A DNA stretch of 64,000 bases from Opitutia bacterium (GTDB lineage: Bacteria; Verrucomicrobiota; Verrucomicrobiia; Opitutales; Opitutaceae), in assembly GCA_947461205.1 (NCBI GenBank), contig CANHJG010000001.1, positions 14,126 to 78,125 of the forward strand. Reading direction: 5' to 3'. A model generated the notes under the pieces. That model had not been told where the DNA came from. It saw only the letters and a program-made list of their open reading frames with translations, and ran no database searches. A program made the position numbers and the translations under genes. Below are positions 9,635 to 19,682 of this stretch, in pieces. Each line of letters begins with the position of its first letter. The first letter of the stretch is position 1.

Positions 9635-11296
9635 ATGCGCCCTTCCCGGCCATCCGCCCCAGTCCTCCCCTCCTTCCTCTTCGTCCTTTCCACGCTCCTC
9701 TCGCTGCCGTCCCACGCCCAACCCAACCCACCCCCACCCGCCCCACCGTCCCCGAATCCTTGGGCCATCGGCGGCAACGACGCCGGCTACGACATGGCCC
9801 CCGAGACCACGCCCGCCGTCATTAACGCCGCCGTCGCCTCGCTCCCCCTCAAACTCCCGCCCGGGCCCGTCACACCCACCTGGGATTCTCTCCGCGCTCA
9901 CTACCAAGTCCCGGCGTGGTTCGTCGGTGCGAAATTCGGCCTCATGCTCCACTGGGGCCTCTACGCCGTCCCCGCCCGTCACAACGAGTGGTATGAGAAA
10001 CACCTCTACGGCAACGCCGGCATCCGCGCTTGGCACATCGATAAATTCGGCCCCCTAGAAAAATTCGGCTACAAGGATTTCATCCCGCTCTTTCGCGCCG
10101 AGAAATTCGACCCCGTCGCCTGGGCCACGCTCTTCGCCGCCTCCGGCGCGCGCTACGTGATTCCTTCCGCCCAACACCACGATAATTTCGCCCTCTGGGA
10201 CAGCGCCGTCACTCCCTTCAACGCCCAGCGTCTCGGCCCGCAACGCGACCTCATCGGCGAGCTCGCGAAAGCCATCCGCGCCCGCGGCCTCAAGTTCGGC
10301 GTCTCTAATCACGGCATCGAAAACTTCACCTTCATCAATCCTTCCCCCGACGTCGCCGCCGCGCTCAAAGCCGCGCGCGCTGATCTCTACGATCCCGCCT
10401 GGGCCGCCTTCTACAACGTCGCCGATCGCTCCGACGCCGCGCTCACCCGCTTCCTCCACGACTGGTTCGCCCGCAACGTCGAGCTCATCGAAAAATACCG
10501 CCCCGATCTCCTCTGGTTCGATAACGGCATCGACCTCCGCACCCTCGATCCCCTGAAGCTCCACCTCGCCGCCTACTACTACAACCGCGCCGCCGCGTGG
10601 AAACAGGCGGTCTCGATCTCGACAAAAAAAGCCGCCTTCGCCCCCTCCGGCCTCAACGACCGCCAGATCGGTTCCATCGTCGATTTCGAAAAAGTTGGCG
10701 CCCGCTCGCCCTCCGGCATCCGCCCCGGCGTCTGGCAGGTCGACGACGCCATCGGCAGCACTTGGGGCTACACCGACGGCATGCGCATTTCCAGCACCGC
10801 GACGATTCTCGCGCGCCTCATCGACACCGTTTCGAAAAACGGCACCTACCTCCTCAATCTCTCCCCAAAGGCCGACGGCACCATCCCCGACGAGCAACAA
10901 ACCGTTCTCCGCGACCTCGGCGCCTGGCTCCGCCTCAACGGTGAGGCGATCTATGATACGCACGCCTGGCGCACCTTTGGCTCCGGCGGCGCGCGCGGTG
11001 ACACCAGTCCGCCCATCCGCTACACCGTCCGCGGCGATCATCTCTACGCCATCGTCCTCGGCCCCTGGCCCACTACGCCGGTCACCCTCGCGGCCCTCGC
11101 TACCGAAAAAATCACCCGCGTCGAACTCCTCCGCTCTCCCGCGCCGCTCGCCTTCACTCAGTCTGCCATCGGGCTTACCGTCACCCTGCCCGCCACCGCC
11201 CCCGCGGCCCACGCCCACGCCTACGTCTTCCGTCTCTCCGGCCTCACCCTCCCGCCCGCACCCACCGTCACCGACGGTAATCCCACCTCCCGATGA
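9635..11296 (+). CDS. alpha-L-fucosidase (GH29)
   Basis: 553 aa with a signal peptide. GH29 hallmarks are present: GLMLHWGLYAVPA..NEWY, ...YVIPSAQHHDNFALWDS. Confidence 0.9.
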   Translation: MRPSRPSAPVLPSFLFVLSTLLSLPSHAQPNPPPPAPPSPNPWAIGGNDAGYDMAPETTPAVINAAVASLPLKLPPGPVTPTWDSLRAHYQVPAWFVGAKFGLMLHWGLYAVPARHNEWYEKHLYGNAGIRAWHIDKFGPLEKFGYKDFIPLFRAEKFDPVAWATLFAASGARYVIPSAQHHDNFALWDSAVTPFNAQRLGPQRDLIGELAKAIRARGLKFGVSNHGIENFTFINPSPDVAAALKAARADLYDPAWAAFYNVADRSDAALTRFLHDWFARNVELIEKYRPDLLWFDNGIDLRTLDPLKLHLAAYYYNRAAAWKQAVSISTKKAAFAPSGLNDRQIGSIVDFEKVGARSPSGIRPGVWQVDDAIGSTWGYTDGMRISSTATILARLIDTVSKNGTYLLNLSPKADGTIPDEQQTVLRDLGAWLRLNGEAIYDTHAWRTFGSGGARGDTSPPIRYTVRGDHLYAIVLGPWPTTPVTLAALATEKITRVELLRSPAPLAFTQSAIGLTVTLPATAPAAHAHAYVFRLSGLTLPPAPTVTDGNPTSR

Positions 11297-12129
11297 AACT
11301 CCGTCACCGCCTCGCCTTCGCCTTCGCCGGTCTCGCGGCCGCACTCTCCGCGCAAACCCCCGCCCCCGATCTCACCAAGAACCCCGCCCCCGCGCGCACC
11401 CCCCTCAACCCTGCGCTCCCCACCCTGTTCATCGCCGGCGACTCCACCGCCGCCCGTGGACGCGGCGAACGCCAACAAGGCTGGGCCGAGCCCTTCGCCA
11501 ACTATTTCGACCCCTCGAAGATCAACGTCGCCAACCGCGCTCGCGGCGGCCGCAGCAGTCGCACCTTCGTCACCGAGGGAGTCTGGGATCAACTCCTCGC
11601 CGACCTCAAACCCGGCGACCTCGTCCTCATCCAGTTCGGCCACAACGACGCCAGTCCCGTCAACGAAGACGAATCCGTGCCCAAGGCCGCCCGTCGCGCC
11701 CGCGGTTCGATTCCCGGTCTCGGCGACGAGACCCGCGAGATCGACAACATCCTCACCAAAAAGCACGAGGTCATCCACACGTTTGGTTGGTATCTCCGCA
11801 AAATGATCGCCGACACCCAAGCCAGGGGCGCCACGCCCATCGTCCTCTCCCTCACGATCCGCAACGTCTGGAACGACGGCCGCATCGAGCGCACCAACCG
11901 TTACTCCCAATGGTCCGCTGAGACGGCCGCCGCCTCCCACGTCGCCTTTTTCGACCTCAGCACCGCCGTCGCCGATCAGTTGGAAAAAATCGGCGCCGAA
12001 AAAACCGCCGCGCTCTACCCCCAGGACCACACCCACTTCAACGCCCCCGGTGCCGACCTCCACGCCGCCACCGTCGTCGCCGGTCTCAAAAAAACCCCCA
12101 GCCTTTCCTTCGCCCGATTCCTGAAGTAA
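11293..12129 (+). CDS. rhamnogalacturonan acetylesterase-like SGNH hydrolase (CE12)
   Basis: SGNH blocks are present: FIAGDSTAA, GGRSSRTF, FGHNDA, DHTHF. It has a signal peptide. Its ATG overlaps the fucosidase stop (ATGA at 11293-11296). Confidence 0.85.
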   Translation: MKLRHRLAFAFAGLAAALSAQTPAPDLTKNPAPARTPLNPALPTLFIAGDSTAARGRGERQQGWAEPFANYFDPSKINVANRARGGRSSRTFVTEGVWDQLLADLKPGDLVLIQFGHNDASPVNEDESVPKAARRARGSIPGLGDETREIDNILTKKHEVIHTFGWYLRKMIADTQARGATPIVLSLTIRNVWNDGRIERTNRYSQWSAETAAASHVAFFDLSTAVADQLEKIGAEKTAALYPQDHTHFNAPGADLHAATVVAGLKKTPSLSFARFLK

Positions 12130-12170
12130 GCCCCGCGCCCCGCCCCACCCCCTTCCCCGCCCCTCTCACC

Positions 12171-13058
12171 TCAGCCACCCCAATATTGCCGCATCTTCGC
12201 CCGCACAAACGCCACACTCGCCTTCAGCTGCTCCATCCCGTCGACGCCGTCCTCGATGCTGATCCAGCCATCGAAGCCCACGCCGCGCAGCGTCCCGAAA
12301 ATCGCGTCGTAGTCGTTCAGCCCTTTGCCGATCTCGCCGTGCCGGAGACGCTTCGCGTAGCCTTCCGCGCCACCCTCTTCGCGGCGTAGATCTTCCAGCG
12401 TGCCTTCGATCAAGGTGCGGTCGCTCGCATGCATCGTGACCACCCGGTGCTTCACCCGCTGCAGCAGCTCCAACGGATCATCGCCCGCGAGAAACGCATT
12501 GCTCGGATCGTAGTTCACGCCGAAGCGCGGATGCTGCACGCGCTCCACGAGTTCGCAGAACACCTCCATCTTCTGCGCAAATTCCGGGTAACTCCAAAAA
12601 TCGTCCTTATAGTGGTTCTCGATGATGAGCGTGACGCCGCACCGCTCCGCCTCCGGCAGGCACGCCTCAATGCTCTGCGCCACGAGTTCGATCCCGCGCT
12701 CGCGCGTCAATTCCGGCCGCCGCTGCCCGGACAACACCCGGCAAAATCCCGCACCCAGCGCCGCCGCCATGCGGATCCAGTGCTTTTCCTTCTCAATCTC
12801 TCCGCGGCGAAACGCCTCATCCGGATGCGAAAAATCCGGCGAGCAGCACAGCATCGGAATCACCAGCCCGCGTGCTTCTACCGTCCGCCGCGCCTCCGCC
12901 CAGCGCGCCGGATCCGCCAGCTCCAACATCCCGCTGTAATACTCCAGCCCGTCGAGCCCGAGCGGCGCCGCGAGATCCACCCACTCGCGCAACGTCATCG
13001 TGCCGTCCTTGCACAACGGGCGCATGAAGGCTTTCGGAAAGGCGGCGAGCTTGGCCAT
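12171..13058 (-). CDS. sugar phosphate isomerase/epimerase (xylose-isomerase-like TIM barrel)
   Basis: The track ORF runs to 13346, but the ATG at 13058 (MAKLAAFPKAF) sits 11 nt after the upstream stop. The family look (..IENHY..FGVNYDPSN..) fits the AP_endonuc_2/UlaE-like fold. Confidence 0.85.
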   Translation of the reverse strand: MAKLAAFPKAFMRPLCKDGTMTLREWVDLAAPLGLDGLEYYSGMLELADPARWAEARRTVEARGLVIPMLCCSPDFSHPDEAFRRGEIEKEKHWIRMAAALGAGFCRVLSGQRRPELTRERGIELVAQSIEACLPEAERCGVTLIIENHYKDDFWSYPEFAQKMEVFCELVERVQHPRFGVNYDPSNAFLAGDDPLELLQRVKHRVVTMHASDRTLIEGTLEDLRREEGGAEGYAKRLRHGEIGKGLNDYDAIFGTLRGVGFDGWISIEDGVDGMEQLKASVAFVRAKMRQYWGG

Positions 13059-13069
13059 CGGCAACGTCC

Positions 13070-13849
13070 CTATTTGACGGCCACCTTGTCGGGGTTTCGG
13101 CCCATAATCGAATACTGCTCCAACTCGACCACCGCCCCGCTGATCGGCCGCGACTCGTCGCCGAGCCAATACACCGCGGCGGCCGCGATCTCCTCGGGCC
13201 TGATCAGGCGCCCGGACGGGGCGAATTGCGCCGGCACGGTTTGCGGCCAATCCGGCCCCATCCCGTGTTCGATCTGGTGCGCATACTCGCGCGCCGTCAG
13301 CACCCAGCCCACGTTCAGGTGATTCACCCGCACGCGGTCGGCGCAATGCGCATTCGCCAGATTGCGCGAGAGCGTCTGCATCGCGCCTTTCGAGAGACTG
13401 TAATCGAGCAGATTCGCCTGCCCGCTGTGCGCATTGATCGAGCCGATGTTCAACACGCAGCCTTCGTTCGCTTTCAGCTGCGGAAACGCCGCCTGAATCA
13501 ACAAGAGTGGCGCCCGCACGTTCACCGCCATCATCCGGTCGAAATTAGCCGCACTCGTCGAAGCCAGATTGCTCCGCGCCACGATCGCCGCGTTGTTCAC
13601 CACCGCGTCAATCCGCCCAAACGCCGCCACCGCCGCCGCCACGATCCGCGCCGGACTCGCCGGATCAATCAAGTCATCCACCTGCAGCACCGCCGCCGCA
13701 CCCAATTTCGCCACAACGGCCTCGCCATGCGCCCGCTCGATCCCTTGCACCAGCACGCGAGCCCCCTCGGCCACCGCCCGCTCCGCCATCGCCTGCCCAA
13801 TGCCGGATGTCCCGCCGGTGACGATGATGACTTTGTCTTTGAGTCGCAT
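13070..13849 (-). CDS. SDR family oxidoreductase
   Basis: TGGTSGIG cofactor motif, NNAA, and a YSLSK catalytic Tyr/Lys. Confidence 0.9.
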   Translation of the reverse strand: MRLKDKVIIVTGGTSGIGQAMAERAVAEGARVLVQGIERAHGEAVVAKLGAAAVLQVDDLIDPASPARIVAAAVAAFGRIDAVVNNAAIVARSNLASTSAANFDRMMAVNVRAPLLLIQAAFPQLKANEGCVLNIGSINAHSGQANLLDYSLSKGAMQTLSRNLANAHCADRVRVNHLNVGWVLTAREYAHQIEHGMGPDWPQTVPAQFAPSGRLIRPEEIAAAAVYWLGDESRPISGAVVELEQYSIMGRNPDKVAVK

Positions 13850-13885
13850 GGTGGAAGGAGCCGCGAGTGTGGGCAGGTGGAGGGC

Positions 13886-14911
<1,026 letters not shown>

Positions 14912-14963
14912 GCAGGGAAAGGGTTGCTCGTCGGCGGGGTCTTCGACCCGCCCTTGGTGATTT

Positions 14964-15692
14964 TTATCGCGTCGAGGCCGGGTCGAAAACCCGCCCTACT
15001 TTTACGTCTCCGAATCCATGCACGCGCTCACAAATAATCCGCAGCGTGCCTTCCAAATTGCCATCCGCCGTGCGAAACGCGTCCGAATCCACCGCCAACG
15101 GCGCCCCGATCACCACGAGCGGCGCCCCATACTCCGGCGCCCGCACCGCTTGTTCCAACGTGAGTCCGCCCACCGCCTGCACCGGCACGTTTACCGCCGC
15201 GACGATTTCCCTCAATTGATCCAGCGGACTTGGCATCCGCCGCCCCGCCGCTGCAATCCCGCGCCGCTCGTCGTAGCCGATGTGATGGATCACAAAATCA
15301 CACCCGAAGTCCTCGATCAGCTTCGCCCCCGCCACCATGTCCGGGCAGCCGAGATTGTCGCCCATCACTTTGATCCCGTAGTCGCGCCCGGCCTTCACGA
15401 CGCACTTCAACGTTTCCTCGTGCGCCCGCGCCATCACGACCACGTGGGTCGCACCCGCCTTCGCCATCATCTCCGCCTCCAGGTAACCGCCATCCATCGT
15501 CTTCAAATCCGCCACGATCGGCACGCCCGGAAACCGCTCGCGCAAAGCCCGCACCCCGTGCAACCCCTCGGCCAAGATGAACGGCGTGCCCGCCTCCAGC
15601 CAGTCCACGCCGGCACGGCGGGCGAGCGCGGCCGTCGCCAACGCTTCTTCGAGATTTGTGAGGTCGAGCGAGATCTGGACGATCGGCAGCAT
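14964..15692 (-). CDS. OMP decarboxylase-fold enzyme, 3-hexulose-6-phosphate synthase / 3-keto-L-gulonate-6-P decarboxylase family
   Basis: The pattern LQISLD..LEEA......DWLEAGTPF...G......ADLKTMD is typical of the HPS/KGPDC (HUMPS) family. Confidence 0.8.
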   Translation of the reverse strand: MLPIVQISLDLTNLEEALATAALARRAGVDWLEAGTPFILAEGLHGVRALRERFPGVPIVADLKTMDGGYLEAEMMAKAGATHVVVMARAHEETLKCVVKAGRDYGIKVMGDNLGCPDMVAGAKLIEDFGCDFVIHHIGYDERRGIAAAGRRMPSPLDQLREIVAAVNVPVQAVGGLTLEQAVRAPEYGAPLVVIGAPLAVDSDAFRTADGNLEGTLRIICERVHGFGDVKVGRVFDPASTR

Positions 15693-15766
15693 GGGATGAG
15701 GTTCCGTCAGACTGCGCGGCGCACCACCGGTCCGTCAACCCGCGACCGCCCTTCGTCCCAACATAT

Positions 15767-15776
15767 GACTATAGTC
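15767..15776. promoter_or_regulatory. perfect 10-bp palindrome GACTATAGTC in the divergent intergenic region (possible operator or -10 element)
   Basis: Seen directly. It is the only AT-rich pocket between the divergent sugar operon and the thrC-like gene, and it contains TATAGT on both strands. Confidence 0.25.
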
Positions 15777-15834
15777 GCACCGCCCCAGCCCCTTTTGCCT
15801 TCTCCTCCCTTCCTTCTCGGTTCACCCCTCACCC

Positions 15835-17001
15835 ATGCACCTGACCCACCTTGCCTGCACGCTCTGCGGACAACCGCACGACGCCACCATCCCGCAAAAC
15901 GTGTCCTCCTGCTGCGCCAAGCCCCTCTTCGCCCACTACGACTTCGCCGCCGCCGCCCGGACCTTCACGCGGGAATCCCTCCGCACCCGCGCCAAATCCC
16001 TTTGGCGCTATCGCGAAGTGCTCCCCGTCCGCTCCGACACCGACATCGTCACCCTCGGCGAAGGCTTCACCCCGCTCCTGCCCGCCCCCCGCCTCGCGGC
16101 CAAACACGCGCTCCGCTCGCTCTGGATCAAAGACGAGGCGCAGAACCCCACCGCCAGTTTCAAGGCCCGCGGCATGACCACCGCCGTCTCCATGGCCAAA
16201 CAATTCGGCCTGAAAAAACTCGCCGTCCCGTCCGCCGGCAACGCCGCCGGCGCCCTCGCCGCCTACGCCGCCCGCGCCGGCATGGAAGCGCACATCTTCA
16301 TGCCCCGCGACACCCCCCGCGCGAATATCATCGAGTGCGAACAAATGGGCGCACACGTCACCCTCATCGCCGGCCTCATCACCGACTGCGGCGCCGAGGT
16401 CGCGAAACGCAAGACCGCCGAGGGCTGGTTCGACGTTTCCACGCTCAAGGAACCCTACCGCGCCGAGGGTAAGAAAACCCTCGGCTACGAACTCGCCGAG
16501 CAACTTAACTGGACCCTCCCCGACGTGATCCTCTACCCGACCGGCGGCGGCACCGGCCTCATCGGCATGGGGAAGGCCTTCGACGAAATGGAAAAGCTCG
16601 GCTGGATCGGCTCCGCCCGTCCGCGCATGTTCACGGTGCAGGCCGACGGCTGCCAACCGATCGTCCGCGCCTTCGCCGCCGGCGAGAGATTCGCCGCCGA
16701 ACACCTCCACGCCACCACCCGCGCCAGCGGCCTGCGCGTCCCCAAAGCCATCGGCGACTTCCTCATGCTCGACGCCCTGCGCTCCTCCCGCGGCGGCGCC
16801 GTCGCCGTCCCCGACGACGCGATGATCGCCTGCACCCGCGAAGTCGGCGCCCTCGAAGGCGTCTTCGTCGCCCCCGAAGGCGCCGCCTGCTACGCTGCGC
16901 TCAAAACCCTCCTCGCCGCCGGCACCGTGCAACCCGAAGAATCCGTCGTCCTCTTCAACACGAGCACCGGCCTGAAATACCTGGAGTGCTACGGCGGATA
17001 G
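15835..17001 (+). CDS. thrC: threonine synthase-like PLP enzyme
   Basis: 388 aa. The PLP-lysine motif [10 protein letters not shown], the glycine loop PTGGGTGL and an N-terminal Cys-rich segment are typical of short-form ThrC. Confidence 0.75.
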   Translation: MHLTHLACTLCGQPHDATIPQNVSSCCAKPLFAHYDFAAAARTFTRESLRTRAKSLWRYREVLPVRSDTDIVTLGEGFTPLLPAPRLAAKHALRSLWIKDEAQNPTASFKARGMTTAVSMAKQFGLKKLAVPSAGNAAGALAAYAARAGMEAHIFMPRDTPRANIIECEQMGAHVTLIAGLITDCGAEVAKRKTAEGWFDVSTLKEPYRAEGKKTLGYELAEQLNWTLPDVILYPTGGGTGLIGMGKAFDEMEKLGWIGSARPRMFTVQADGCQPIVRAFAAGERFAAEHLHATTRASGLRVPKAIGDFLMLDALRSSRGGAVAVPDDAMIACTREVGALEGVFVAPEGAACYAALKTLLAAGTVQPEESVVLFNTSTGLKYLECYGG

Positions 17002-17072
17002 CCGGACCGGTCAACGTCCCCAAAACTACGCCCGTAGTTGACGAAGCTACCGCTCCCTCTTTTTATTCAGCC

Positions 17073-17285
17073 ATGAAAGAGTTCCCCGTCTCCACCCGCT
17101 TCACCGCCGCCGAACTGAAGCAACTCGACCGCACCGCCGTCGAAGCCGGCATGTCGCGCTCCGAACTCATCCACGCCCGCTCACTCGGCAAGGTCGTCAC
17201 CACGCACGAACTCGCCGACTGGGCTGAATCCGAGTTGGCCAAGAACGCCGAAGCGAAGAGCCGCCGTGCCTCCCGCGCTGCTTGA
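17073..17285 (+). CDS. ribbon-helix-helix type antitoxin (VapB-like)
   Basis: I use the internal ATG at 17073. The 70-aa product has an RHH-like segment (STRFTAAELKQLDRTAVEAGMSRSELI). It overlaps the downstream PIN gene by 20 nt. Confidence 0.75.
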   Translation: MKEFPVSTRFTAAELKQLDRTAVEAGMSRSELIHARSLGKVVTTHELADWAESELAKNAEAKSRRASRAA

Positions 17286-17670
17286 TTCGTCGTTCCTGAT
17301 CGACCTCGAACGCGAGATCGACTCCGGCCGGGCCGGTTCGGCCATGCAATGGCTGCGTCGTAACCGCGCACTCCCTGATCGACCGCTGCTGGTGTCGAGC
17401 ATCACGGTCGCCGAATTTCTGGAAGGCTGCGACGACGAAGCGCATGGTTTGGCGTTCATCGCGCGCTACATCCCGCAGACCGTCGGTTTCAAGCATGCCC
17501 GGAAATGCGCCGAGCTTCAGCGTCGCGCCCGCAAGGCCGGAAAACGCTTTGGTGAAAATGACGCCTGGCAACTCGCCTTTGCCGAATGCTCCCACGCCAG
17601 CATGGTTGGCCGCGACCGCAAGGCGTTTGCCCACCTCGGTAATCGTTACGAACGCTTTGCCGATCAATAG
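17266..17670 (+). CDS. vapC: PIN-domain ribonuclease toxin VapC
   Basis: GTG start. LLDSSFLID (first acidic residue), TVAEFLEG and ENDAWQLA follow PIN acidic-residue spacing. 134 aa. Confidence 0.85.
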   Translation: MPPALLDSSFLIDLEREIDSGRAGSAMQWLRRNRALPDRPLLVSSITVAEFLEGCDDEAHGLAFIARYIPQTVGFKHARKCAELQRRARKAGKRFGENDAWQLAFAECSHASMVGRDRKAFAHLGNRYERFADQ

Positions 17671-17684
17671 CACCCCTCGGCAGC

Positions 17685-18677
17685 TCACCCCGCCAGCACC
17701 GCGTCCAGCTCCCGCCCATACCCCGCCTTCACCGCCGCCGGCAGATCCGCGACCGCAAACCCGTTCTTCGCGATCTGGACGAGCGTCGCGCGGTCCAAGC
17801 CGCCCTCCGTCCCCAGCGCCACATACTCGTCGTTCAGCCGGTTCCCAAATAGCATCGGGTCGTCCGTGCTGATCGTGCAGCGCACGCCAGCATCCATAAA
17901 TCGCTTGATCGGGTGCTCCTGCATCGACGGCACCGCGAGCAGTTTCACGTTGCTGATCGGCGTCAGGTCCAGCGTCACGTCATGGTCGCGTAGCAACTGC
18001 ATCACGGCCGGGTCGCCGAGCGCCGAAAGTCCGTGCTGCACGCGTCGCACCCCGAGATACTCCACCGCTCGCCGCACATCCCCCGCCGGCATGAATTCCC
18101 CCGCGTGCGCCTTCGTGACTTTGCCCAGCGCCCGCACCTTCGCCCAAATGTCCGCGCTCCACGGTTGAAATTCCGGCCGCTCGAACCCGTGCAGGTCCAC
18201 GCCCGCGATCTCGTCCCACGTAATCGCCTCGTCGACGATCCCCGCGAGTTTGCCCGCGTAATGGTCGCGAAACATCCCGAGAAATAGCCGCAGCTCCAAC
18301 CCCGGCGGCTTCGCCGCATGGATCGCCCGCGCAATCTCGCGAAACGGCACGTCGCCGATCCGCTCCGCCGTCCCGAGGTGAAAACTCGCTTCCAGATAGA
18401 CGCCATGCTGCGCCACCACGTCCGCCATCACCCGCCGGCAGCTCTCGTAATAATTCTCCGGCGACACAAACCACCTGAAAAAATACCGGTCGAACTGCTC
18501 CTGGAATTGCGCGAAATCCGTGAAGCGAAAATCCGGCCGCCAATAGACCGGCGGCGTCGCGAAATACTCCGGATCCATCCTCCGCGCGAGCTCCAGCGGC
18601 AACGATCCCTCGAGATGGAGGTGCGTTTCGGTCTTCGGCAGACGCTGCACGAAGGCGGCGAGATCGGGGGAATGCAT
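17685..18677 (-). CDS. add: adenosine deaminase family protein (cytoplasmic)
   Basis: The ATG at 18677 gives MHSPDLAAF. Metal motifs KTETHLHLEGS and ISTDDP are present. 330 aa. The rest of the 622-aa track ORF is upstream non-coding read-through. Confidence 0.85.
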   Translation of the reverse strand: MHSPDLAAFVQRLPKTETHLHLEGSLPLELARRMDPEYFATPPVYWRPDFRFTDFAQFQEQFDRYFFRWFVSPENYYESCRRVMADVVAQHGVYLEASFHLGTAERIGDVPFREIARAIHAAKPPGLELRLFLGMFRDHYAGKLAGIVDEAITWDEIAGVDLHGFERPEFQPWSADIWAKVRALGKVTKAHAGEFMPAGDVRRAVEYLGVRRVQHGLSALGDPAVMQLLRDHDVTLDLTPISNVKLLAVPSMQEHPIKRFMDAGVRCTISTDDPMLFGNRLNDEYVALGTEGGLDRATLVQIAKNGFAVADLPAAVKAGYGRELDAVLAG

Positions 18678-18806
18678 GCAGCGGGGGGAACGGAAGGGAA
18701 AGATGAGTGGCGGAAAGTGGGGGCGTGCGTTTCGACACGCGTTGAGCACACGCCGTGCCGCCCCTCGTGCCCCAAGGCACGCCAATTGCTCTCTGCCGTT
18801 CTCCTC

Positions 18807-19682
18807 ATGCTGCCGCCTCCGCTCCGTCACCCCCCGCCCACCATCGTCGCCGGCATCCCCGTTGCCCGCCCCCGCCCGCCCCGGCCCAGCCGCGACCTCA
18901 CGCTCGTCCTCGGCGCCATTCCCCAGGAAACCGACCTCGTCGCGTGGGCCCTCGCGAAAAAAACCCGCGGCACGTTCGCCGGTTTTCGTTACACCGCGGG
19001 CCGCCTCGACGGCCGCCACGTGATCGTCGCCGTCACCGGCATTGGCAAAACCAACGCCACCATGATCACCGCGCTGTTCGCCGAAAAATTCCGCCCGCGC
19101 GAGGTCCTCATGTGCGGCACCGCCTCCCGCATCGACCCCGCCATCCGCAACGGCGACGTCATCGTCGGCGAAATCACCTGCAACCATGACATGGGCTCGC
19201 TCGGCGCCGGCTCCGTCATGGAGTATTTCGGTTCCGCAGGCCCGCTCGGCGACCACTCGCCGATCATCTACCCCGGCGACCGCCGCCTGCTCGCCGCCGC
19301 CCGGCGCGCCCTCCGCACGCACGTCCCCGAAACCGCCGACCTCCCCCACCACTCGCCGCCCTACGTCCCGCTCGTGCGCCTCGGCCGCATCACGTCGGGC
19401 GACCAGTTCGGCATCACCGACGAACGCATCGCCGACATCGTCCGCCAACTGCGCCCCAACCTCATGGAAATGGAAAGCGGCTCCGTCGCCGAGGTCTGTC
19501 ATTACCTCCGCGTCCCGTTTCTCTGCATCCGCAGCGGCAGCAACCGCACGCAAAACTCCCCCGATAACGACTACCGCACCCTGTCGCCCTTCGCCTCGCG
19601 CCAGGCCGCGTTGTTCACCGTCTCCCTCGTCCGCGAACTCGCGCGCCGTCCCGCCCGGTCGACCCGCCCCCCGAAAAAATGA
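18807..19682 (+). CDS. purine/MTA-SAH nucleosidase family protein (PNP_UDP_1 fold)
   Basis: LVLGAIPQE, VAVTGIGKTNA and EMESGSVA are typical of MtnN-like nucleosidases. The start is uncertain; 18807 is the first ATG and gives a Pro/Arg-rich leader. Confidence 0.7.
   Translation: MLPPPLRHPPPTIVAGIPVARPRPPRPSRDLTLVLGAIPQETDLVAWALAKKTRGTFAGFRYTAGRLDGRHVIVAVTGIGKTNATMITALFAEKFRPREVLMCGTASRIDPAIRNGDVIVGEITCNHDMGSLGAGSVMEYFGSAGPLGDHSPIIYPGDRRLLAAARRALRTHVPETADLPHHSPPYVPLVRLGRITSGDQFGITDERIADIVRQLRPNLMEMESGSVAEVCHYLRVPFLCIRSGSNRTQNSPDNDYRTLSPFASRQAALFTVSLVRELARRPARSTRPPKK

Noticed and set aside
11704-11714. tRNA T-loop-like string GGTTCGATTCC.
   Set aside because: It lies inside the well-supported CE12 esterase CDS. 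The flanking bases (CGCGG / CCCGG) do not form a T-stem and no acceptor or anticodon arms can be drawn.
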